Assembly: GCF_902652985.1 (NCBI RefSeq) | Contig: NC_047019.1 | Span: forward strand, 33,604,001-33,668,000 | From: Pecten maximus | Lineage: Eukaryota | Length of the DNA: 64,000 nucleotides | Direction of reading: 5' to 3' | Shown: piece by piece, positions 38,541 through 50,813 of the stretch | Layout of the letters: every line of letters starts with the position of its first letter | Position numbering within the stretch: position 1 is the stretch's first letter | Notes under the pieces: generated by a model | Database searches by the model: none | Seen by the model: the letters and a program-made list of their open reading frames with translations, nothing else | What the model was told of the DNA's origin: nothing | Made by a program: the position numbers and the translations under genes

Positions 38541-40008
38541 AGTAAATTGTCGAATTTTCAAATCAGTCTGTCCCTTTATCAAGAAACATGTAAAATAAAA
38601 ACGACCACATATAGACAAAGAACATGGAACATTCACAGAAGCTCATTAGATAAACAAAGAACAATATCATTATGCTTATGTTAATGATCCTCTCGGTCGA
38701 TCGTTAATTTGCCAAATGCCTATTGTAATCAATTAATTAACATCTTAGGTGGTTTACAGATAGTATAAATAAATTGTCAAAATAAAAGGTTTTTAAAAAA
38801 AATAGCAGTGCAATTTGAATCGATGTGATGACAGCGCGCGCTTCATAGCAAATGCTTTTGTTTTTGCTTATTTTCGCAATACACTGCACAGCTGAAAGAA
38901 GACATGCAGTTGAAGGCTATTGTAGATGCAAACATAAATGACTACAGCTGATTAGAGTCAGTAAAATTAAAAGACAGAAACTGGAGATAAATAACAGATA
39001 TAAAGACATTTTAGGAAAACGTGGGAAAAATCTATCAGAAACTCGTTACTAGTTGATACACAAATTATAATATAGCAAGTGATGTTTGCTTTGGTATTGA
39101 AAGAAACAAAGTTACCAGTTAGAAGAAACAATAATCTATCAGGATTAGGAGAGTTTATTTTAGATTTGATTTTATATTAAAGCTGTTTTGGACAGATATC
39201 AATAGATTTAAAATAAATGCACCTAATCAGCATATAAGAGGATTTTTATTTACAACACGAGGTCAAGGTATGGTTACATGAATTCTGAAAGAAGATGAAT
39301 ATCAATTACAGTGAAATCTCACATAACATCAACCTCATACTTACGATCACCCCGCCGTAACGGACACTTTTTTCAGTCACGTTATATTTCTCTTATGTCT
39401 TTGTACATAACCAATGGTCGCTTTAGTAATACAACCACCTCGCTATATACTGTGCAGCGAAATAAAATCTTTTGATGGAGAATATGATGGCAACATTTAC
39501 GTTTAATGCTCAACAAATTAATAACCTTTCGGTGGTGTTATATTTTTGTTCGTCCGAGTCGGATTACCTCTCTCAGAATTCATTATCTAAATAAATCATG
39601 ATATTCAGACCAAGCCTTTCACTATAGGATGTTTTAAACGGTAATTCGTCTCTATCTGTAAATGAAGATCGTTGTGACCGTTTACTTCACGTCAATGATA
39701 AACATTTTTCTTCTTATCGGGGATCGATTCAGTATGACTCATACTAACTTGAATTATCTATAAATCTATGTTACAAAGCAGAATTTTAAGCCGGACATAC
39801 ATTTGTATGCTCGTGTTCAGGGCTAAATTGCTTTTAGGACTCACAAATTAATGCAAAAACATGTGCAAGATTATTTTGTCATTATGGGGCGCGAGATATT
39901 TTCCATTATATGCACGTCATTTGACGTAGAAGGATATTGTAAACATTGTAAACATATGTATACTAACACAAATTTTAAAGTACTGTTATTTGTTGTAGAA
40001 CTTCTAAA

Positions 40009-40063
40009 ATGGGGAACAAAGTCAGCCACCAAGTCTTCGAGCCGGATGCAGACTTCGATGATT
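40009..40063 (+). CDS. Gene 2 first coding exon (MGNKVSHQVFEPDADFDD)
   Basis: Acceptor ttgttgtag at 39998 implies an upstream UTR exon. ATG at 40009; the phase-1 donor T|gtaaaa fits the next exon but is a weak donor. Confidence 0.65.
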
Positions 40064-43000
40064 GTAAAAGGGTTCTATTTAAATAATTCAAATTTATATA
40101 GTTAACATGTCTTAGTAACTTACAATGTCAAAAATGGTAAATTCCAATTATGTTCCATATATAAGATAAAATAATAATGTAATTAGCTTTAAATGTTTTC
40201 CAAGCAATAACACATTTCTGTTACTAATTGAATAACAGTTGAACAATTTAATCATGTCGCGTCAACATGTATTGCCTAGATGTAATCTCAATGTTAGATG
40301 CATAAAAAGGACATGGGGTAAAGATTGTTCATCTCCTTTTGGAGTGAGACATGGGGATCTCAAACTTCGGGTTAGAGTTATTACGCGGTCACGTGCACAT
40401 TAATAATTTCATACATTGCATCAAATTAGGATTAAAAACAACAACATTGAATGACTTGCTGGCATTGACACGATCAGTATTTGAATAACTGGACCCTGTC
40501 TAAATAAAACAGTTTGATGAGAGGATACTAATCATAACAATCGCCAGAGCCTTGGGTTTGTGTGACAGAGACAAAAAAGACTATCACTGGAGATTTCTTA
40601 AGCTAGGGGAATAGCTATTAATCTCCATTAGAGGTCTCTGATTCAGCCAATCAGCGGGTGTTTCACCTGAACCAAGCCCATTTAGAAAATGTGTTTCTTA
40701 GGTTTGTAGCTTTTTCCTGACTAAAAAATACATGAAATGGGAACTTTCTATATACGAGAAAGAGTAGGGTATGGAGATTTTTAAAATCAAAAATATGCAT
40801 TCCGGGTGTAAATAGAAAAACGTAGGATTCCAGGTGTTAAAAAGGCGAGAATACCCCAGGTTGAGGTTCACCAGTCCACTGTGAAATATCAGGGTTACTG
40901 TCTTCCAAGTACTGGCGTGTTCTTATATGCTATTAAACCAAACCAATAACGTTTTCTGGTAGGGAAATCTTCCAACTTTAATTTGACATAAATTTTACTA
41001 CATTTGATCTTCAAATGAGCGATTGAGGCGATGGAGTCTTTGGCAATAACATATATTGAAATAATAAGTTGTGTGAGAACTAAGGTTTTCATGCTTCCTT
41101 ACACTTGACAAGCCTCTTTTTTGTGTTTAACCTAATAACCTTTCCTCACAGGTTGAGCTCAAACTGTCCCACCCATGGAATGAAAGAGTATATTAGTCTT
41201 TACCAAAAATGACCCCTAACTTTATTAATATAAGTTGCAGATCATTTCACCTTTTGTTTGTATTCAGTTGATGTTCCACCACCAGCGCCCCCTACAGAGT
41301 TAGAACTTCGTGCTAGACAGATCAATCCCGCCGAGCATGTCTATCCATTTGAAAACATTGTGTTTGAAGGAGGCGGCAGCAAGGGAATGGCTTATTGTGG
41401 AGCTGTTCGTGTAAGTTTTAATGAATGCATTGAGAATAACACATGTGGTGTCACAATGAAATGGAATTGTTAATCAGTGTGAGATGTATTGAATAGGTGT
41501 TCTGATATGATTTGTGGAAAATTTGATGGTCTTTTTGAAATTCACCTCTGATTTAGTTTCTCAATATAACTAGCTTTTACATTTTGCATTAATTTAGTTA
41601 CATTTATATAAGCTCCAACTACATAGCCAAATGTATCAAGCATTGAATTAGGATTATGTAAAAAAACTCGTCTGTGTCAGGCGATTGCAATATAAATCTA
41701 TTATAGGTGAAGTATCCAGGGCTGCAAGTCCTTGACAGTTGGCGAGAAAAAAACACAAAAAAAAATCAAAAAAAAACAAAAAAAAAATCAGACGATTATT
41801 ATTTACAGTGGCACAGCAGCGTGTCTTTATTTGGTAGTTGCTGTAATAAATCACTAATGAACTCCACTTACAGGCCCTAGAAGACATTGGCTTGTTTCCA
41901 CAAATCAAACGCTTTGCCGGGACAAGTGCTGGGGCTATAACAGCTGCGCTCCTGTCGGTTGGGTACAATTCACACGACGTGGAGAAATTTATGAGGAATG
42001 ATATGTCAAAGAATTTCATGCTAGGTCTGTATTAGTATGATTTTAAAAATACATCGATATTGTTAAAATCAAGATAGCATAAGAAATCTAGTTATTGTGT
42101 GTACTCAACTCCTAAACTAGTACGACAAACATTTCTATTAAGGGAAATAGAGTGTGGGTTTTCCTGACCATGTTATTGTTACACTTTGAAATTAAACAAT
42201 ATATCGGTGTAAGCTATTAGCTAGTTAATACCAAGGCCTTAAGTAAAAAAAGTTGACAAATATAAGAATATGAAAGCATATGGAATCTGTTTCACTATCT
42301 CAAATGGACATTGTCAGTTACAACTGTATAGTGTCTCGAGCATTACTGATGAGTCCGAGAAGGCCGAAGTATAGTATCTAGCATTACTGTTGAATCCGAG
42401 AAGATTAGAATTTCCCCAAAACTCTTTTCACTCAAGCTTCCACAACAAAAACAAATCAGCGTTTAGATATTTTATAATTAAATGGATTAACTCAAATTTC
42501 TAAAAAAAAAAAAAAAAAAAAAAAAATTTAAAAGACTTTAAGAACGATATCGAAAATGATCACGTAATCATAAATGTTAATATGAATAAAGGAAATACAC
42601 CTTCTTACAATATTGATATCATGCATTTTGTAGCAAATGACGAAGAAGAATAATGTAAAGAAAAAACACAATCAATAAGTTATCACGTTGTTGTAACTAT
42701 CGTTATGATGACGTTGTAGATGCCGGTTTGACCACATTGCTGTAACTGTCGGTATGGTCACATTGTTGTAACTGTCGGTATGATGACATTGTTGTTACTG
42801 TCGGTATGATGACATTGTTGTAACTGTCGGTATGACCATATTGTTGTAACTGTCGTTATCATCGATATAACACCATTATAAGTGATTACATCATCATAAC
42901 TGTCGGTAGTAACGACATAACACCATTTATGAGTGATCACATGATCATAATTGTCGGTAATAACGACATAACATTTTAATAGTTTAATATGAGTGTGATC

Positions 43001-46000
43001 AATGCTCATCCAAGGAAATTGACATTATCTACAATATTGTGTATTTAACGAGTAATTTTAAAACAGATCGTTTACAGTATCAGTTAACATCAGAACGGGG
43101 GAAAAGACTTTAGAGTAGATAATGATGCTGTTACCTTGACAAGAGTTTAACCGTGCCTATGTATAACAATCGATTTCAAATTTATTGTCTACTCTTGGTG
43201 AGAATACTGGTAAATCAAAGACATTGTAAAGTGGTGGTAGTCACACGTTTTAGGACTGACACGTAAATGGTTGATTTTAAACGAGGACTACGTACCGTTT
43301 TAACCCCGACTAGAATGTATGGACCACGTACCCTATAAATACAACTTACAACGTGTGAACATATTATATACTACATTAATGCTAGTAATATATTGACTAT
43401 ATATCCCATTCATACTGTTAAAATGTGTAGACTTTGTAACCTATTAATACTAGTAATAATGTATAAACCATGATAGAGATTAATACTCTGTGTGATCAAG
43501 CTTTTAAAACAGTTATAATTTGTAGACAATGTAACCTATAAATACTAGTTATAATGTGTAGACTATATAACCCAGCAATAATAGTTATAATGTGTAGACT
43601 ATGTAACCTATACATACTAGTTATAATGTGTAGACTATGTAACCTATACATACTAGTTATAATGTGTAGACTATATAACCTATAAATACTAGTTATAATG
43701 TGTAGACTATGTAACCTATAAATACGTAATTTTGAATAGTAGTTATCTCTATAATTATAACACCTATTCTATTTAATTTCATGATGAACATATAATTCCT
43801 TACATTAATCCCTTTTGAATTAGATACTATACATGTAATGCCATATAATTTCTGTAGAAATAATAAAGTGAAACATATCATCTTTCTACCAAGCCTAACC
43901 GGAAGTAATAGAAGAAGACTGATATAGGCATTGCGCCTGTTGTCTTACTCTTTTGACAAAACTTTGTATTTATTTATATTTGTATTGTTAATAAAATATT
44001 TCTGAAATGAAAAAAGACTATATAACCTATAAATACTAGTTATAATGTGTAGACTATATAACCTATAAATACTAGTTATAATGTGTAGACTATATAACCT
44101 ATAAATAATAGTTATAATGTGTAGACTATATAACCTATAAATACTAGTTATAATGTATAGACTATATAACCCAGCAATAATAGTTATAATGTGTAGACTA
44201 TGTAACCCATAAATACTAGTTATAATGTGTAGACTATATAACCTATAAATACTAGTTATAATGTGTAGACTATGTAACCTATACATACTAGTTATAATGT
44301 GTAGACTATATAACCTATACATACTAGTTATAATGTGTAGACTATATAACCCAGCAATAATAGTTATAATGTGTAGACTATATAACCTATAAATACTAGT
44401 TATAATGTGTAGACTATGTAACCTATAAATAATAGTTATAATGTGTAGACTATGTAACCTATAAATACTAGTTATAATGTGTAGACTATGTAACCTATAA
44501 ATAATAGTTATAATGTGTAGACTATGTAACCCATAAATACTAGTTATAATGTGTAGACTATGTAACCTATAAATACTAGTTATAATGTGTAGACTATGTA
44601 ACCCAGCAATAATAGTTATAATGTGTAGACTATGTAACCCAGCAATAATAGTTATAATGTGTAGACTATATAACCTATAAATACTAGTTATAATGTGTAG
44701 ACTATGTAACCTATAAATAATAGTTATAATGTGTAGACTATATAACCCAGCAATAATAGTTATAATGTGTAGACTATGTAACCTATACATACTAGTTATA
44801 ATGTGTAGACTATGTAACCTATAAATACTAGTTATAATGTGTAGACTATATAACCCAGCAATAATAGTTATAATGTGTAGACTATATAACCTATACATAC
44901 TAGTTATAATGTGTAGACTATATAACCTATAAATAATAGTTATAATGTGTAGACTATATAACCTATAAATACTAGTTATAATGTGTAGACTATATAACCT
45001 ATAAATACTAGTTATAATGTGTAGACTATATAACCTATAAATACTAGTTATAATGTGTAGACTATATAACCTATAAATACTAGTTATAATGTGTAGACTA
45101 TATAACCTATAAATACTAGTTATAATGTGTAGACTATATAACCTTTAAATACTAGTTATAATGTGTAGACTATATAACCTATAAATACTAGTTATAATGT
45201 GTAGACTTTGTAACCCATAAATACCTATTATAATGTGTAGACTATGTAACCAATAGTTACATACTAGATCTATATTATGTTTCTACCATATAACCTATTA
45301 ATACTGGTTAAATGTATGGACCATGTATCCAATTTATAACGGTTCGAACCAGCAACCAATATATACCTGTGCAATGCATCTATATCGCTATTCACTGTAT
45401 TGACTATTAAAATAAGTAGTGATTGAAAATTGGATATATGATATAAAAGCATCAGCGAAATAACAATGTGATTATCGGAAATGCGTTTGTATCTTGATTG
45501 ATGGAAGAAGGCGGAAAGATTGAAAGTAAAAGCCTTCGTTTTCAATCTGACGTATTTCGAAATGTAAGCGATATGATGGGACAGTAAGAGTTTGGGCCAT
45601 GACACGAGACCTGCAAACCACATGAGTTAGTCGAGGTATTTTACCTTTGCTCCATGTCCATGAAGTCTTCTGTCATCAGCAAAACTGTCAATACTCCTGG
45701 GTAACGCCTATCTCCTGATCATATATGGATTCATTAGTCGGAAAGAAATACAACAAAAGAATTAACTCCAACCAGTTATTACATACATAAACCGTATTAC
45801 TGCTGACACATTAATGTGGACACAATTGTTATCAATATACACAGCTCCATAAGAATAAAAACGCTTAAGTCCCCGTAAAATATCGATTGTTCCCTTTATC
45901 AGTATATTTTACATGTCATGTGTTCTGTCACTGTAAGTGCTTGTTGATAGGATGTAAAAGACCTTTCAGTTCAGCTGTCTGGGTTTGCGTCTGAGTTTTA

Positions 46001-49000
46001 AATTTTGAAGTTAAACTGATGATGTAGTCTTTGCTCGTAAATGCTTATTACAGTATACGGACCATGTCCCCGTTGATATACTTGTTAAAGTATACATACA
46101 ATGTACTAAGTTCCTGTTGTAATACCTGTTACAGACTACACAGGTCAATTGCCCGTTTTAGTACTTATTACACTATACAGATCACATACTGAACAAGTTT
46201 AAGTAGTTGAGTTACTTTTTCAGATGGCTCTTTCCTCTGGAGGTTCTTTACATTCATACCGAGGTTCGTCTTCGGTTACGGATTAAGCCCTGCGTTACAA
46301 TTTAACAATTGGCTTGGTGAGAGGCTCAGGGAAAAAACAGGGAATGCTGATATCACGTTTGAGCAAGTATGTGTCTTACAGGATCGTGACACAATACAAT
46401 TTACCTATTTAGATAGAAACAACTTATAACCTATGGCTTGGTAAAAAGTTAATTCGACAGTTTATTAATTATGACGATATAATAGATCTGTACTTAAGCG
46501 GATTTGTAAACTATTGACCATCACAGTAAAGACATTGTTATATTTTATCTAAGAGTGCATCTGCTTTACTGGTCATTAGTGTGATGAAGGTGACAGATCG
46601 TAGTCACCAAAACATCGCGTACATACTTATCAACAGAAAGGCAATGTGTGAATATGTGTGTATTTTACGTCTGTCTCGATGTTATATAAGATGGAGATAT
46701 CTGCTGAACAATTATTCCTTGTCTGTCCACCTAGTTCCTGAGCTCCTACGATAGTTCCCTTACACTTAGTATCCAGATATATCAATGTATTTTTGTTTAA
46801 TGACCACTACCTATCACTTTTATAATTCAGGTAGTTTAAGACATAATAAACTGTGAATATTAACATATTTATTTCCATTTGATTAAGGTTATTGAGTAAT
46901 ATATATTAATGGTCCTGAGTATCAGATTATACTTTAGTTTTGTCGCAATTTTTACAAGCAATAGTTTGTCCAGACGTCCAGGTATACAGACTACAAGCAA
47001 GAACACATATGGATGTGAATGTTAATTTGTGCTTTCAGTTTTTAACAATTACTTTTGAAACATGATTTAATTTTCTCCATTTTACCTTATAGCTTTGAAT
47101 TCAACCATTACATAAATAAATGCTAAGATACAGGCTAATATTCACCCTTGAGGGATATTCTGCATATATGTTAATGAGCATGATGATCGAACAAATACTG
47201 TTTCCACTACAGCTTTACGACTTCGGTGGAAAAGAACTCTGCATTGTTGTTACAAATATCAACAACATGGCCGAAGAGTACTGTCACCCAAAAACAACAC
47301 CGGATATGCCTGTTAGGCTCGCAGTGCGCATGTCCATGTCGATTCCAGGTACGGATGTATCTTATAAATACTTTGAGGTTGTATGCCAGGATTGCCTTTT
47401 TTTCGACCTGCTTAATATATTTCGTAGTCGGACCTAGTTTGTGGGTATTACACTCCTCTTAACCACGACTTGTAAACATTTAAGATTAATCCTTATATAT
47501 ATGAATTATGTTATAATATGTTACAGGCATGTTCCAAGTGGTGAAGTATAACCCTAATACACAGTCTCCAAATAACATGTACATTGACGGAGGAGTTCTG
47601 TGTAACTACCCAATACATTGTTTCGATGGTAGGTAATGATACCAATCTTTATTTATCGTGTGATAGAAAACAAAGCTCTCATAGCACATATCAGTTTTCA
47701 GAGATGCTAGTAAACAATATTTGATAAATATCCGGCGCCTTAACAACTCCCTCCTTATTATGTAGGAATTCAATATTAAATTTCACTACACATACTTACA
47801 TATGTCCTATTTCTAACAGTAGTGTAAGTTAACTTCCTTTATATCTCCTTCTGCTGCTTTCTGGTGAAGCAGCGAACCAAATATTTTCAATTATATGTTT
47901 TAAACTGAAAAAAATATATTGAAATCACAATGTTTTCATTGAACCAGAAAAATATACAAACTTGAATTTAGCCCCTATCCAAGTACGCTGATCAATGCAT
48001 GTTAATGTCCGTTTACTAGATATCAATAATATAAACTGAACGTTCGAATATAAATGAGATCTCCAGCATCATATGACAATCTGTATATATGTTTGAGGAT
48101 ACATTAAGGTAAATGCGATCTCCAGCAGTTTATCAGAATACTTCACATGTATATATGAGGATATATTTATATGGTATGCTAAAAATGATATCACAAATTT
48201 ATTTAAGAATACTTACAACAGACCTCTTGCATGGGAAACAATAAATTCAGAAGCGTCTGAACATTCAGACAAGTAGATTAATGGTTTTACAATCAGCCAT
48301 TAACGTATATCTCTTCCACAGGCTGGTGGCTGTCTATGAAGTCAAAAGATGCTTTTATCCGGAGGATGCATGACCTGGACCAACTTCCTGCTATGCTTAG
48401 TAAAGCATGCAGGTTTGGAGAGCGGTCCGACAAAACCTTGGGCTTTTTGGTGGTTAGTATGGAGTTGAAGTCTAGAAAAGATTTTTCGTATTACACTTAT
48501 GTGTTTGAATTATAATACACGAGTTTTTTCAATTATGTGTTAATAAAGACCATCAGCTAACTATGGGAAAATCAAACCACACAAACAGATCATCGCACAC
48601 CCGTACGCTCGCCTTTCAGCAACTAACATTTAATGTTGTAAAATGACTTTTCAGTTCTCCGAGGGTGAAGCCGACAACTTTAGGTTTTACCTTGAGAAAC
48701 GAACACCTGTACATTCACGATCGAACTCTACACTCAACAGGTACTTATAATTCATCTTAAATCGTTATGTTAAACCTTACCTTTTTATTATTTGTTTTTA
48801 TTCATATTACAAAAGCATCATTCAAAGTGAATGTTTTCAAGGTCATATAAAGATTGTTTACATTCTAAGGATAATTTTATCATTCTTTTCTGAAAGATAT
48901 GATAATCAGGGTTGATAAAAACTATTATTAAACGAAGAACAAAAGAAATATAAATATTATGATGATGTCTATTGGCATTATTATGGTGGCTGAGTATATA

Positions 49001-50779
49001 TTATAAATAAGTAGTTGAAACGTAAACTCATAATTACTTCATACAGTATTTTATGTAATGAAAATAAATCTTAATATGATACATTATTAATGTGATAGTT
49101 TTTAAATAATGGTTGCAAACTTAAAACCGAATGCTTCTTTGTGATAGGAAGCGAAGAGCAGAACTGATTGCGAAGGCCAGAGAACGAAAACGGATTTCTA
49201 CTGCTGTCAGACACTTTTTCCCTGTAAGGTTTGAAACGAATTACAAATCTTTGAGACAACAACACTTTTGCTTTGACACGAAACATTGCCAAACAACAAC
49301 TAATCAGCATACTCAGTGATGTTAATCGTAATTTCTTAAAAATGGTCACACTTCAAACCTCAATTTACAATCTTCATAGCATTTATTGTTACTTGATGCA
49401 TGTTCAGATGTGGACTCGGCAAGCTATTTTTTCCATTCAAGCTTTTGGAGAAATACGACACAAACCTTGATGGAAAGATTAACAACCAGGAATTTCAAAA
49501 TATATACGTAAGTATATCTACTCATGATTTCCTCAACCAGACATTGATGTGAACGCCATGCTAGTCGTTAACATTTTATTTTATTTTCATTTGTTGGTGT
49601 TAATCATACATATTTCTAAATTGTGAGTGTCATTTGTTTGTGTTAATTATATAGTTGTACATTGTTGGTGAACCAGTGAATAACATGAATGTTCGTTTTT
49701 TATGGATCTTTATTTTAACATTTCAGGAACATGAGTTTAAGAATATGTCTATCATAAAACTCGAGATGCTTGTAAACAAACAATTCTAATTCTCTTCACA
49801 AAATGCTGAGCCATTATAGTGTAGCTTAATATATTGATGTCGTCACAATACTGTTAAAATAACTATAATAGGAATAGCTGGAATTAAGTTCAGAACAGTG
49901 GAACATGTCTACCCATCTTTTATACACTTATTGTGGTTAATACATTATGAACAGGATCACTTTTCTGAAGAAGACAGACAGGCACTGTTTGGTGATCTTG
50001 ATGGATCAAATGTTGTATTCAAACGACTCGACAAAAACGGAAATGGACAAGTAGGTTTTACATTAGTGTTATTTCAGCCAAATAATCCGTTTATAAGCTT
50101 ATGATCCCATCGAGCCGATGGTATAGAAGAATTCTAGTTAATGTTCTCCTACTTTATGAAGGATAAATATATATTATTAAGTATACTGATATTATCAGTT
50201 TTCTTGAAGCCACTTCAGAATTTTTCTTTAATGATTCTCTTGTTGGAAATTACAAGTTAAGGAATTTACTGAATTTTACTGATTTTGAGAGAAAGAATGT
50301 TAACATATCGATATTTTTTAATTTTATTACATACATAAACTCCTAACCAGGTGACGTTCCAGGAAATAATACGATATATAGAAGGGAGAGGTCTGGCTGT
50401 CAATCAGAGATACCTGGGATACAAACGGCAGGACGTAACGAGCATCGTGTCCTACGCTTCCTCAATATTTGACACTATGCTCCTAAACCTCAAGCGACTA
50501 CACATGGAGGTAAATTGTTTCTTATTAGAATAATTTCTAGGTTAACATTTGGCTTATATATCAAGATGTCATTTTTAATTTTAAATTGAATTATACACGA
50601 AGTTTTGTAAGTCATCACAATTGTATAAAAAAGCTTAAAAAGGTCATCGTATGAACTATTTCTAGTAATACTGATGTATTCGTGAGAGTGATGAATGCAG
50701 CCCACCGGAAACAATGATCAGAAATAACGTGTGTAATGAATATATATTATTACCAGCTTATAAAAGCTATTAAGATTAA

Positions 50780-50813
<34 letters not shown>

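Noticed and set aside
43945-44898. 317-aa hydrophobic repeat ORF
   Set aside because: 36-bp satellite antisense within a gene 2 intron
45560-45630. WD40-like peptide DGTVRVW
   Set aside because: Isolated short frame bounded by stops; likely chance
49408-49470. Alternative acceptor ttcag|ATG for the EF-hand 1 exon
   Set aside because: The phase-0 reading hits TGA at 49468-49470; the acceptor at 49441 gives the EF-hand in frame
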